Below, piece by piece: positions 11,158 to 20,367 of a stretch of DNA of 64,000 nt. Each line of letters begins with the position of its first letter. The stretch's first letter is position 1. The notes beneath the pieces are model-generated. The model made no database searches, was not told the origin of the DNA, and was given only the letters and a program-made list of their open reading frames with translations. This DNA is from Candidatus Latescibacterota bacterium (GTDB lineage Bacteria > Latescibacterota > UBA2968 > UBA8231), in assembly GCA_965215195.1 (NCBI GenBank), contig CBDCDC010000002.1, positions 160,001 through 224,000 of the forward strand. The letters are read 5' to 3'. A program made the translations under genes and the position numbers.

Positions 11158-12162
11158 ATGCCTACTTTTCTCGACTCAACCCCCTTTATCAACAACCTGT
11201 CCGTGCTTCGCGATCGCATGTATCACGACGGCTATCTCTTTTTCCGCGGTCTGCTGCCCGCCGACGAACTCGAAGCGCTCAGGCTGCGCTTTTTGGCCAT
11301 TGCCCGCGACGCCGGCTGGGTTCAGGCCGACGCGCCGCTCGCGGACGCCATCGCCGACCAAGACGGCTTCTGCGTCGAGCCGACGCCCGAGTACATGGGC
11401 GTCTATCGCCGGATGTACGCGCTGCCGCAATTCCACGCCTTGCAGCACCACCCCGCGCTCGTCGGCCTGCTCGAAAAGCTGCTCAACGGCCCGGTGCTGC
11501 CCCACCCCCGCCTCATCGGCCGCACCATCTTTCCCAAGCGCGAGTCCTTTACCACGCCGCCGCATCAGGACTTCATCCCCATTCAGGGCACGGCCGAAAC
11601 CTATACAGCGTGGTTCCCGCTCCACGACCTGCCGCCGACTATGGGCGGGCTGGAGGTGGCCGTTGGTGCACATCAGGGGGGTGTATATGAGTTCAAGCCA
11701 GCGCTAGGGGCCGGGGGATTGGCGATCACCGACTCCTTTGAAGGCACGTGGACCGGCGGCCCTTTCGCGCAAGGGGACGTGCTCTTCTTCCACAGCATGA
11801 TGCCCCATCGCGGCGTCCCCAACACCGGGGAGCAACTGCGCCTGTCCATCGACGCCCGCTACCAGCGCGTGGCCGACCCCATCGCCCCGGGCAGTTTGCT
11901 GCCGCACAGCCAGCCCAATACTTGGGAGGCTATCTACGCCGAATGGCCCGACGACCCCTTGCAATACTACTGGCGTCAGTACGAACTGGACGTAGTTGAA
12001 TACGACGATAGCTATCACGAGGAACGCGACCGCCAAGCCCTCGCGCTGGGCGAGCAAGGCGATCCACTAGCGGCCTCGGCTCTCCAGCGCATCATCGCCC
12101 GCGACAAAGATCCCGCCAAGCGCCAGCAAGCCACTGAACTGCTCGCGGCTATGGAAAAATAG
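11158..12162 (+). CDS. Phytanoyl-CoA dioxygenase family protein
   Basis: DGYLFFRG, TPPHQD, GDVLFFHSMMPH, LRLSIDARYQ. Confidence 0.9.
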   Translation: MPTFLDSTPFINNLSVLRDRMYHDGYLFFRGLLPADELEALRLRFLAIARDAGWVQADAPLADAIADQDGFCVEPTPEYMGVYRRMYALPQFHALQHHPALVGLLEKLLNGPVLPHPRLIGRTIFPKRESFTTPPHQDFIPIQGTAETYTAWFPLHDLPPTMGGLEVAVGAHQGGVYEFKPALGAGGLAITDSFEGTWTGGPFAQGDVLFFHSMMPHRGVPNTGEQLRLSIDARYQRVADPIAPGSLLPHSQPNTWEAIYAEWPDDPLQYYWRQYELDVVEYDDSYHEERDRQALALGEQGDPLAASALQRIIARDKDPAKRQQATELLAAMEK

Positions 12163-12290
12163 CGCTTGACTTGGGGAGATTATCGCAAGAGCCGGCGGCC
12201 ATGCACCGTCGGCTCTCGTCGTTTATCTCGTAAACTGAGTAACACCCCGCGCCACCGTAGGTGTTTAAGTAGCACACCGCCAGGAGATAC

Positions 12291-12764
12291 ATGGACGTAG
12301 AAGCACTGTACCGTCGCTACGGGCCAATGGTCATGCGTCGCTGTCGGCAGCTTTTGCGCGACGAAGACCAAGCGCTTGACGCCACCCAAGATGTCTTTGT
12401 GCGGCTGTTGACGCGGCGCGACCGCCTGCGGGACGACGCGCCCTCCAGCCTGCTCTATCGCATGGCCACTAATCTCTGCCTCAATCGCATCCGCGACGCC
12501 CGGCGGCGGAAGACCACGGCCGACTCAACGCTGCTGGAGCAGATAGCCTGCTGGGAGGACGCCGAGGGCCGGATAGAGGCGCGCTCGGTGCTCGCCAAGC
12601 TCTTTGGCCAGCAGCGCGAGTCAACGCGCACGATGGCCGTCTTGTACTACGTTGACGGCATGACTTTGGAGGAGGTGGCGAGGGAAGTGGGTCTGTCCGT
12701 GTCCGGCGTGCGCAAGCGGCTGCTCGGCCTGCGAGCATCGCTGCAGAAGATGGAGAAGCTATGA
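12291..12764 (+). CDS. ECF sigma-70 family sigma factor
   Basis: Region 2 (DATQDVF, LYRMATNLCLNRIR) and region 4 HTH (GMTLEEVAREVGLSVSGVRKRL). Confidence 0.93.
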   Translation: MDVEALYRRYGPMVMRRCRQLLRDEDQALDATQDVFVRLLTRRDRLRDDAPSSLLYRMATNLCLNRIRDARRRKTTADSTLLEQIACWEDAEGRIEARSVLAKLFGQQRESTRTMAVLYYVDGMTLEEVAREVGLSVSGVRKRLLGLRASLQKMEKL

Positions 12765-13546
12765 ACCAGCAAGACAAGCGCCCCATAAGCGACTACCAAC
12801 TAGAGCGCTACCTGCTGCGCGAGGGCACGGCCGACGAGTTAGCGGCCGTGGAGCGCCAGTTGGCGGCCGATCCAGTGCTCGCGCAGCGGCTAGCGGCCCT
12901 AGCGCACTCCAACGAGGAATTGCATCGGCGCTATCCACCCGAATGGATGCGCGGCCAGATCGAGCTAAAACTCAAGGCTTCGACGAGCTCAGCCGAAACG
13001 CAGGCACCGGGCCGGCGCGCCCAAAAAACGTGGAGTGGGTATCGCCTTTGGGCCGTGCCGGCCGTGGCCCTGATCCTGGCGGTGGTGGCGGTGCCCACTC
13101 TCTTTGAGCGGGAAACCTCGGAAGCACCCGCGCTGCGGGTCAAGGGCGGCGAGCAGGGGCCGCGTTTGCTGGTCTTCCGCAAGCTGGCCAGCGGTGCGGA
13201 GCGTCTGCAAGACGGGGCCTTGGCCCAAAGCGGAGACTTGGTGCAGCTCGCCTACCGCTCGGCTGGCTTGCAGTACGGGGCGATCCTGTCCGTTGATGGG
13301 CGCGGTGCCGTAACTCAGCACCTGCCCGCGACTGGAGCAGAGGCCGTGCCACTGGCCACGCAAGATACCCTCGACGTTGCCTACGAACTGGATGACGCGC
13401 CCCGGTGGGAGCGGTTTTACTTGGTGGCGGCCGACCGCCGCTTTGGCTTGGCAGCAGTCAAGACCAAGCTGGCGGCTGGCGATGTGGCGTTGGGTGATGA
13501 CGTGCGCCTTTTTACCTTCACCCTGCGCAAACCGGAGGCCCCTTAG
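12761..13546 (+). CDS. Putative anti-sigma factor (ActD-like): N-terminal helical domain, one TM helix, extracytoplasmic domain
   Basis: 4-bp overlap with the ECF gene; ISDYQLERYLL N-terminus; TM LWAVPAVALILAVVAV; RVKG linker; SVDGRGAVTQHLP and YELDDAPRWERF. Confidence 0.75.
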   Translation: MNQQDKRPISDYQLERYLLREGTADELAAVERQLAADPVLAQRLAALAHSNEELHRRYPPEWMRGQIELKLKASTSSAETQAPGRRAQKTWSGYRLWAVPAVALILAVVAVPTLFERETSEAPALRVKGGEQGPRLLVFRKLASGAERLQDGALAQSGDLVQLAYRSAGLQYGAILSVDGRGAVTQHLPATGAEAVPLATQDTLDVAYELDDAPRWERFYLVAADRRFGLAAVKTKLAAGDVALGDDVRLFTFTLRKPEAP

Positions 13547-13569
13547 CTTATAACCCGCGAGGTATAACT

Positions 13570-14142
13570 ATGGAAGCCGTACTGAACTTTCAGCCCGTTA
13601 TCGCTCTGACCGAAGAGCAATTTTTCGACTTTTGTCAACTCAATCGCGACGTGCGTATTGAGCGCAATGCAAAAGGAGAAGTACTAGTTACGTCCCCAAC
13701 GGGAGGAGCAACGGGTGCCCGGAATGCAGAAATCACCGTGCAGTTGGGCGCATGGGCCAAACAAGATGGCACCGGCGTGGCCTTTGATTCCTCGACCGGA
13801 TTTGTGCTACCTGACCGCTCTGTCCGCTCGCCGGATGGCGCATGGGTGGCGCGGTGGCGGTACGCGGCCCTGACCGAGGCGCAAAAGGATCGCTTTCTGC
13901 CCCTTTGTCCAGAGTTCGTCATTGAGCTCAAGTCTCGCACGGATTACCTGCCCTCGTTGCAGCAAAAAATGGAAGCATACATTGAAAACGGCACTCAACT
14001 CGGCTGGCTCATCGTCCCAGAGCAAAAAACAGTAGCGATCTACCGTCCGCAGCTTTCCGTTGAAGTGCGGAAAAACCGCAATGCCCTATCGGCCGATCCC
14101 ACCTTGCCGGGCTTTGTCTTGAATCTCAGCGAGATTTGGTGA
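13570..14142 (+). CDS. Uma2 family PD-(D/E)xK endonuclease
   Basis: FDSSTGFVLP, RSPDGAWV, CPEFVIELKS, KMEAYIENGTQLGWLI, LPGFVLNLSEIW. Confidence 0.93.
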   Translation: MEAVLNFQPVIALTEEQFFDFCQLNRDVRIERNAKGEVLVTSPTGGATGARNAEITVQLGAWAKQDGTGVAFDSSTGFVLPDRSVRSPDGAWVARWRYAALTEAQKDRFLPLCPEFVIELKSRTDYLPSLQQKMEAYIENGTQLGWLIVPEQKTVAIYRPQLSVEVRKNRNALSADPTLPGFVLNLSEIW

Positions 14143-14164
14143 TCGCCTCCTTTGGCCGACCATA

Positions 14165-16222
14165 ATGTTGTCGCGGCTGAGTGTGCTAATCGCGCTCGTG
14201 GTTGCGGCGGGCCTGCCCCAACCGGTAGAGGCCGAGGTGCGTCGATTGGTGCTAGCGGCCGGGGCCAACAACGGCGGGGTGGATCGCGAGCTGCTGCGCT
14301 ACGCAGTCTCGGACGCGGAGCAATTCGTCGAGGTGTTGCAGGAGATGGGGGGCCTAGACCCGGCCGATGTATTGCTGTTGCGCGACCCGGATTTGGCCGC
14401 TTTCGAGCGGGGGCTGGCCGCGTTGGGCCGGCGGGTGCAGGCGGCCAGCCGGCGGGGGGACCGCTTAGAGGTGTTGCTTTACTACTCGGGCCACGCCGAC
14501 GAAGAGGGCCTGCTGTTGGCCGGCGATCACCTCGGCTACCAGCAGTTGCTCGACTCGCTGCAGACGGCCGAGGCCGCTGTCCGCATCGCCGTCCTCGACG
14601 CCTGCAATTCTGGAACCATAACCCGCATCAAGGGAGGCAAGTCCAAGCCGCCCTTTTTGGTCGATGAGTCCTTTGACATGAGGGGCTACGCCTTCCTCAC
14701 GTCGAGTTCGGCCGATGAGGCGGCGCAGGAATCGGACCTGCTCGAGGCTTCCTTTTTTACCCACTATCTAATTTCCGGGATGCGCGGTGCGGCCGACGTT
14801 ACCGGCGATGGCCGGGTGACCCTGCACGAGGCGTACCAGTTCGCATTCGACGAGACGCGGGCGCGGACTCTTGGGACTGCGGGAGGCACTCAGCACCCAG
14901 CCTATCAAGGCCAGATGCGCGGCACTGGCGGCGTGGTGATGACCGAGGTGCGGCGCAACGCCGCCGGCCTGTTGCTGGACGAGGCCCTCGCCGGCCGGAT
15001 CTCGATCCGCAATGCCCAGCAGCGCCTAGTCGCCGGGCTGAATAAATCCCCCGGGCGGGCGGTCGAATTGGGATTGGGGCCGGGGGCCTATACCCTGTTT
15101 TGGCAAACGTGGGACGCGGACTGGCGCTTGGCCGAATTAGTCCTGAGCGAAGGGGAGTTCGCCGAGGTGAGTACTGGCGACTTCCGCGTCCTGACCCCAG
15201 AAGACACGAGACTGCGCGGCCGCTCGGGGCGGAGGATTACCTTGGGGCACCAGATCGAGGTCGCCACCCGCGAAGGCTACACCTTGTCGCTGGGGCTGTT
15301 GACCAATACGCAGGACGAAGCGTTCCGCGGCGTCCAGTTCGCTTGGCTGGTCAACCAAGCGCGCGCGCGCACCGGCAATCAGATCGGCGGGTTGGGCAAC
15401 TTGGCGCTCAAAGAAGTCGATGGCTGGCAGGCGGCTGTCGTGGGCGTCAACTGGGCGCTGGGGCCGTTGCAGGGTGGACAGGTGGGCTTGATCAACATCG
15501 CCTCGCAAGTGCGCGGCTGGCAGGTGGCGCAAACGACCAATGTCGTCGGCAAAATCCGCGGTTGGCAGGTGGCTGGGGTCACCAATTTCGTCGGCGAGGT
15601 CAAGGGCGGTCAGGTCGGATTGTTGAACGTGGCGAGCGAGGTCAAGGGCTGGCAGGTGGGCTTGGTCAACCTTTCCGGCCACATTGAGGGCGGCCTGCCC
15701 ATCGGGTTGATCAACTACTCGCGCAGCGGGCTTTTCAACCTCAGCACTTGGCGCGACGAAGTCGGCTTTACCATGTTCACCCTCGCCTCGGGCAGCCGCT
15801 CGTTTTACACCGCTTTTACCACTGGCTTTGCCGACGAGGACGGGCAGCGGCGCTGGGCGTTGGGCATAGGAGGTGGGGTGCAGAAGCGCGGGCGGCGGTT
15901 TTTCCTCGGCCTTGATGTACATAGCTACCGCATCAGCCGCGACCTCGATGACGATTACAAAGCGGGCATTGGATTTTGGCCGCCCAGAGTGGGCTTGGGT
16001 TTGGATCGCTTGGCTAGGGATAACTACCTAGCGCGGATCAAACTTGAGACCGGGGTCTCTTTGCACCGCCGTCTGGCGCTGTTTGGCGGCGTCTCCTTAA
16101 ACCAACTGTGGACCGATGGCCATCTGCGGCTGATTGAGTCGGGTAGCCGCTACGAAAAGGAGTGGAGAGACGGGCTTTTCGCATGGCCGGGATTTTTCTT
16201 TGGGATGCGCTACGGGCGCTAG
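14165..16222 (+). CDS. Secreted caspase-like protease (peptidase C14) with C-terminal GxQVGxxN repeats and a probable beta-barrel
   Basis: Signal peptide; LRYAVSDA; YYSGHA (His) and VLDACNSG (Cys) dyad; FFTHYLISGMRGAAD; roughly 8 G(W/G)QV repeats. Confidence 0.88.
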   Translation: MLSRLSVLIALVVAAGLPQPVEAEVRRLVLAAGANNGGVDRELLRYAVSDAEQFVEVLQEMGGLDPADVLLLRDPDLAAFERGLAALGRRVQAASRRGDRLEVLLYYSGHADEEGLLLAGDHLGYQQLLDSLQTAEAAVRIAVLDACNSGTITRIKGGKSKPPFLVDESFDMRGYAFLTSSSADEAAQESDLLEASFFTHYLISGMRGAADVTGDGRVTLHEAYQFAFDETRARTLGTAGGTQHPAYQGQMRGTGGVVMTEVRRNAAGLLLDEALAGRISIRNAQQRLVAGLNKSPGRAVELGLGPGAYTLFWQTWDADWRLAELVLSEGEFAEVSTGDFRVLTPEDTRLRGRSGRRITLGHQIEVATREGYTLSLGLLTNTQDEAFRGVQFAWLVNQARARTGNQIGGLGNLALKEVDGWQAAVVGVNWALGPLQGGQVGLINIASQVRGWQVAQTTNVVGKIRGWQVAGVTNFVGEVKGGQVGLLNVASEVKGWQVGLVNLSGHIEGGLPIGLINYSRSGLFNLSTWRDEVGFTMFTLASGSRSFYTAFTTGFADEDGQRRWALGIGGGVQKRGRRFFLGLDVHSYRISRDLDDDYKAGIGFWPPRVGLGLDRLARDNYLARIKLETGVSLHRRLALFGGVSLNQLWTDGHLRLIESGSRYEKEWRDGLFAWPGFFFGMRYGR

Positions 16223-16234
16223 GGAAGGGACGAG

Positions 16235-16408
16235 TCACCGCGTCTCACGCTCGTCAAATTCAGACACGGCCTTGACCCACTGGAGCGCGTCGGCTTCCCG
16301 GGCTTGGTTTAAGCGGGCAACCGAGTTCGCTACCCTCCTCCGCACCTTTTCCGACCGGGGATTTGGCAAGGTCATGCGAACCTGACGCTTCGCTCGCGAT
16401 ACTGGCAT
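16235..16408 (-). CDS. Small MazE-like (DUF3018-type) antitoxin, 57 aa, absent from the ORF track
   Basis: Hand translation MPVSRAKRQVRMTLPNPRSEKVRRRVANSVARLNQAREADALQWVKAVSEFDERETR; RBS GAGGA; overlapped by GTG-RRGD, a PemK/MazF-like start. Confidence 0.6.
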   Translation of the reverse strand: MPVSRAKRQVRMTLPNPRSEKVRRRVANSVARLNQAREADALQWVKAVSEFDERETR

Positions 16409-16499
16409 GGCGGTTCCTCTACAATATGGTTAGAAGCATTCTTCGGGAAGTGGTATCGAATCCTTCATCCGTAAGGCTTGTCATGGTTCAATCTAGAAT

Positions 16500-16754
16500 T
16501 CATTCTGCGGAGTAGCGTTGTGTGCCTGCCTTGGCCGCTTCGTCGATCTCGCTTTCCTTTTCGCGAAAGCTGGAGCGCCGCATTACAGAGGGACGCAGCT
16601 CCCACGAATCGCAGCTTTCTCCGCGGAAATAGAACTGGACATTATCAGCGTAGCGTTTTTTGAGATCGCGGCATTTTTTTAGCAAGCTCTCAATGCTTTT
16701 GATTTTCTCATCGCTGTTACTTTGATCTGTTCCAGCATTCTGTGATTCATCCAT
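16500..16754 (-). pseudogene. FRG-domain fragment, probably the frameshifted and truncated continuation of the pentapeptide-repeat gene
   Basis: FYFRGES..WELRPSVMR matches the start of the FRG domain; it stops shortly after FREKESE and overlaps the upstream ORF stop. Confidence 0.65.
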
Positions 16755-17259
16755 ACAGCTTCGCTTTCCACACCTGCGAATACGATAGATTGGCCCAAGA
16801 GAGATTTGCTTTGCGAAAGCTAGCGTTGATTAGAGTTGCCCCAGTGAGATTCGCTTTGTAAAGGTTGGCGCGGTCGAGTTCAGCCTCGGTAAGGTCCGCT
16901 TCAATGAGGTGGGCTTCAATGAGGTGGGCTTCAATGAGATAGGCTTTGCACAGTTTGGCACGAGACAGATCGGCTCCGTTCAGTTTGGCGGAATCAAGCT
17001 CGGCCTCGGTGAGGTCGGCCTCGGTGAGGTCGGCTCCGCTGAGGTCGGCTCCGCTGAGGTCGGCTCCGCTGAGGTCGGCTCCGCTGAAATTGATTCCCCG
17101 TAAATAAGCTCGTCCATCATTGCCCAACGCCCCCATTTTCTTGAACTCGCTAGAAATATCTGCTCCCTCAAAGTCGGGCTTAAAATCTTCTCGCTCGCGC
17201 CTCTCGTTCCAAACATTGACGCCTTTGAGGAGCCATTCGATATGATTTTGGTTTGCCAT
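16747..17259 (-). CDS. Pentapeptide-repeat protein (N-terminal part of a likely pentapeptide-FRG fusion)
   Basis: MANQNHIEWLLKGVNVWNERR N-terminus and many A(D/N)LxX repeats. Confidence 0.9.
   Translation of the reverse strand: MANQNHIEWLLKGVNVWNERREREDFKPDFEGADISSEFKKMGALGNDGRAYLRGINFSGADLSGADLSGADLSGADLTEADLTEAELDSAKLNGADLSRAKLCKAYLIEAHLIEAHLIEADLTEAELDRANLYKANLTGATLINASFRKANLSWANLSYSQVWKAKLYG
17000..17087. repeat. 15-bp tandem repeats encoding pentapeptide units
   Basis: Four copies of tgaggtcggctccgc plus (tgagg)tcggcctcgg variants. Confidence 0.9.
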
Positions 17260-17365
17260 GGAATGCCTCTTTCTACTCTCGTCTCCGCTTCTTTTGTAAT
17301 ACAACAGATGGATAAAACGTTCACAAGGGACAGCGAGTTCCGTCTCTGCGTAGGGACTCGCGTCG

Positions 17366-18916
17366 TCAATCCTCGTAGCGGATGACCACTTCGACGTCGG
17401 TCAGCAGCAAGTCGCAGGCAAGTTGGGGGTGGCGTTGCAGGAGGACGACGTCTAAGCGATGGAGGCCGCGGGCGGCTTGGTCGGCCGTGAGCGCGAAGCT
17501 GTGCCAAGCAGCGCTGCTGACATCGGAGATGGGGTGGGGGGCGCCGTCGTGGCAATAGCTGATAGCTGGGTCGGCCAAAACGTTGCCGTCCCAGCAGCAG
17601 CGAATCTGATCGCCGGCGACCCATTCTTGCAGCCGCAGTCGCAAGGTAATGGCTTCCGGCGGGTCTGCGCTCAAATCGTCGGCGAGATTGAGGTCGAAGT
17701 GCGGGCCGGATTCCCGCAAGGTCGGGTAGAGGGGGACCGGTAAGGTGCCGCGCAGGCAGTCGTGTTGGTACGCGCCGCGCCAAGCCCCGCTGTGCTGGCG
17801 GAAGCGGTGGGTCGCGCTGTAGAGCTTGTCTTGGCGGCGCAGGGTTTGCACTGCGCCCACTTGGGTTAGCAACTCGCGCTTGGAGTCGCGGTCGGCGTGC
17901 CAGTTGAACGCGTATATACCGGTCGCACCCTCGCCGTGATACTGCATGGCTGTGGCCTTGGTGCGCATGGTGTGGCGGGCCGATTCGCTTTCGGGACCAG
18001 CGGCCGGCCCGGGGACGCCGCCGTCGAACCCTGCGTAGAGGGCGATGTCGCGGCCGGCGCAGAGGGCGCGAAAGGCCCTGACTTCAATGGCTGGATCTGT
18101 GCCGGCCGCGCCGGCCGGGATCAGGATATCGACGAGGTTTTCTCTTGTCCAAGTCTCCACGTCGTAGCCAATGCGGTGACAGCCCTCAATGGAGCCGGCG
18201 ACGCGGGCCGCTAGGTAGAAGGGCCGGCCGCGCTGTTGGGCTAGTTCGTCGGTCAGTTGCCGGGCCGCCCGCATGAAGTCGGTGAGGACGTAGCGCAGGC
18301 GATAGGCATGGTCGGCGGGGAAGTGGAAGGGGTGGCGTTGCCAGTCGAGTTCGACGCCGTCCCAAGGGTAATTCTGGCAGACTTCGCGCAAGTGCTGGAA
18401 GCGGTTTTCGCGCACTTGGGGGATGGCCATATTCCACGACAGGGCAAACCACTCCTCGGTATCTGCGCCGAGGAGCCATTCGGGGTGGTCTTTGCGCAGT
18501 TGGGTCAGTTCGACGTGGTGCAAAGTCTGGAGGTCGCTTAGCTGAGCGCCGTTGAAGTGATTGTCGTTCATGCGCAGCGAGGCGTACACGTGCAGGCCGA
18601 GTTGGTGGCCGTGGTCGATGACGGCCTGTTGGGGATCTTCGCCCCGATCCAACATGCGGCGAATGTTTTCAGTGTGCGCGTAGCTAGCGGCGTTCTCGTA
18701 GCGGCGCTGGTGGGTGTCGCCGAGCAGTTCGAGCGCGTCGCTTGGCCAGCGGGTGGCGTGTTCGCCCACGCACCAGAACAGGGCGCCGACTTGGGTGTCT
18801 GCGAGGGGGGCGTACGTTTTGTCGAGAAAGGCGTCCATGGACTGGGGGACGGGCGAGTAGCCGTGGGGTGCGCCGTCCCAGTTGTAGATGATGCCGTAAT
18901 CAGCGGGATGGGCCAT
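17366..18916 (-). CDS. Hypothetical GHL10-like TIM-barrel protein (paralog of 7358..8941)
   Basis: IIYNWDG, YASLRMNDNH, EVCQNYPWDGVELDW, GIYAFN. Confidence 0.65.
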   Translation of the reverse strand: MAHPADYGIIYNWDGAPHGYSPVPQSMDAFLDKTYAPLADTQVGALFWCVGEHATRWPSDALELLGDTHQRRYENAASYAHTENIRRMLDRGEDPQQAVIDHGHQLGLHVYASLRMNDNHFNGAQLSDLQTLHHVELTQLRKDHPEWLLGADTEEWFALSWNMAIPQVRENRFQHLREVCQNYPWDGVELDWQRHPFHFPADHAYRLRYVLTDFMRAARQLTDELAQQRGRPFYLAARVAGSIEGCHRIGYDVETWTRENLVDILIPAGAAGTDPAIEVRAFRALCAGRDIALYAGFDGGVPGPAAGPESESARHTMRTKATAMQYHGEGATGIYAFNWHADRDSKRELLTQVGAVQTLRRQDKLYSATHRFRQHSGAWRGAYQHDCLRGTLPVPLYPTLRESGPHFDLNLADDLSADPPEAITLRLRLQEWVAGDQIRCCWDGNVLADPAISYCHDGAPHPISDVSSAAWHSFALTADQAARGLHRLDVVLLQRHPQLACDLLLTDVEVVIRYED

Positions 18917-18984
18917 AGCGTCTGCTCCTTTGCGGGTTTGGCCCAAAGTACGGAGATTGTCAGAGGCGGGCAACGGAGGCAATT

Positions 18985-19200
18985 ATGGCGACAAAGTGGA
19001 TGCTCTGCATGGCGTTGGTCGGTTGCGGCCTGAGCGATCCCCAAGGGCCGACCGATCTGCCCAAGGACCCGTGGGAGCGCACCGAGCAGCAGCGGCTGGA
19101 AGCGATTGAGGAAAAGTGTAGCGGCCAGCCTTGGGAGCGCGGGTGGCTCTGTCCGGGCGGCGTGGCCGATGCGGATACAACCAAATCTCAGGGTGGGTAA
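18985..19200 (+). CDS. Small putative lipoprotein
   Basis: RBS GGAGG; lipobox-like MALVGC; flush with the next gene. Confidence 0.55.
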   Translation: MATKWMLCMALVGCGLSDPQGPTDLPKDPWERTEQQRLEAIEEKCSGQPWERGWLCPGGVADADTTKSQGG

Positions 19201-19212
19201 AGGAGTCTTAGG

Positions 19213-20367
19213 ATGGAAGACAACGTACTACAGGCCGTCGATGAGCAACGCCTCCTTGATACGGCCGAGGAACTGATTGCGGTGCCCAGCCCGACGCTGG
19301 ACGCCGGCGCCGTGGCTGATGCGTTGGCGTCTATATTGGCGGCCGAGGGGTTTGCCGTGGAGCGGCCGCAAGCCGATTGGCCGCAAGCACCGGCCGTGGT
19401 CGCTCGTTTCGACAGCGGGCGGCCCGGGCGGGTGTTGCAATTCGACGGCCACTTGGACACCGTGCATTTGCCCTTTGTGCCGCCCAAAGTGGAGGATGGC
19501 CAGCTTTACGGGTCGGGGGCGTCCGACATGAAGGGGGGAATCGCCGCCTTTGTCGAGGCACTGCGGGCATTGCGGGATGCGGGCGCAGTGACCCAAGGGG
19601 CGGTCTTACTCACGGCCCACGACCACCACGAAGCGCCTTGGGGCGACCGCCGCCAGCTTTTGGCCCTGATCCGCGCAGGGTTCGTGGGCGACGGAGTCAT
19701 GCTGCCGGAGTACTTGGGCGATGTGCTGCCGGTCGCCGGTCGCGGGCTAGCCGTGTTTAGCGTGGACATTGAGCGCGATGGTGCGCCAGTACACGAAGTG
19801 CTGCGGCCCGCCGGGCTGCCGGACGTAGTAGCGGCAGGAGCCGAAGTCGTGTTGCGGCTGAACGCGCTGAACGAGCACCTGCGTGCGCAAACCGCGCCCT
19901 ATGTCGGCAGCGACACCCTGTTTATCGGCCGGATCGAAGGCGGCCAGCTCTACAATCAAGTGCCGGTCCAATGCCGGGTCGAAGGGACTCGCCGCTGGGT
20001 GGCGGCTGGCGCGGGGCCGGCCGCACGCCGCGAAATGGAGGAGCTGCTCGCCGATGTGGCCGCGGCCAGCGGCACCCGCATCCGGCTTGTGGATTGGAAC
20101 ATGCCCGGCGATGCCTTTGCAGTTGATCAAAGCAGCCCGCTGGTGGGCGCGTTCCAGTCCGCGCACACGCAAGTGACCGGGGCACCGCTGCCCTTGGGCG
20201 GCAAGCCCTTCATCGACGACGGCAATGTCTTTATGGCGGCCGGGATTGAGGCCCTAACCCACGGCCCTTGCGCCGCGGGGGCGCATACGACCGCCGAGCA
20301 GGTGGCGGTGGCCGAGTTGGTGCGGGTGGCAAAGGTCTATGCGCTGACCGCGCAGGCGTTTTGCTAA
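19213..20367 (+). CDS. M20/M25/M40 family metallo-hydrolase
   Basis: FDGHLDTV, YGSGASDMKGG, GAHTTAE. Confidence 0.9.
   Translation: MEDNVLQAVDEQRLLDTAEELIAVPSPTLDAGAVADALASILAAEGFAVERPQADWPQAPAVVARFDSGRPGRVLQFDGHLDTVHLPFVPPKVEDGQLYGSGASDMKGGIAAFVEALRALRDAGAVTQGAVLLTAHDHHEAPWGDRRQLLALIRAGFVGDGVMLPEYLGDVLPVAGRGLAVFSVDIERDGAPVHEVLRPAGLPDVVAAGAEVVLRLNALNEHLRAQTAPYVGSDTLFIGRIEGGQLYNQVPVQCRVEGTRRWVAAGAGPAARREMEELLADVAAASGTRIRLVDWNMPGDAFAVDQSSPLVGAFQSAHTQVTGAPLPLGGKPFIDDGNVFMAAGIEALTHGPCAAGAHTTAEQVAVAELVRVAKVYALTAQAFC

Noticed and set aside
12291-16222. Caspase plus sigma factor as a CRISPR-linked protease cascade (Craspase or CalpL/T/S-like)
   Set aside because: It lies 9 kb from cas6, has no SAVED/CARF/CHAT domain, and the protease has a signal peptide.
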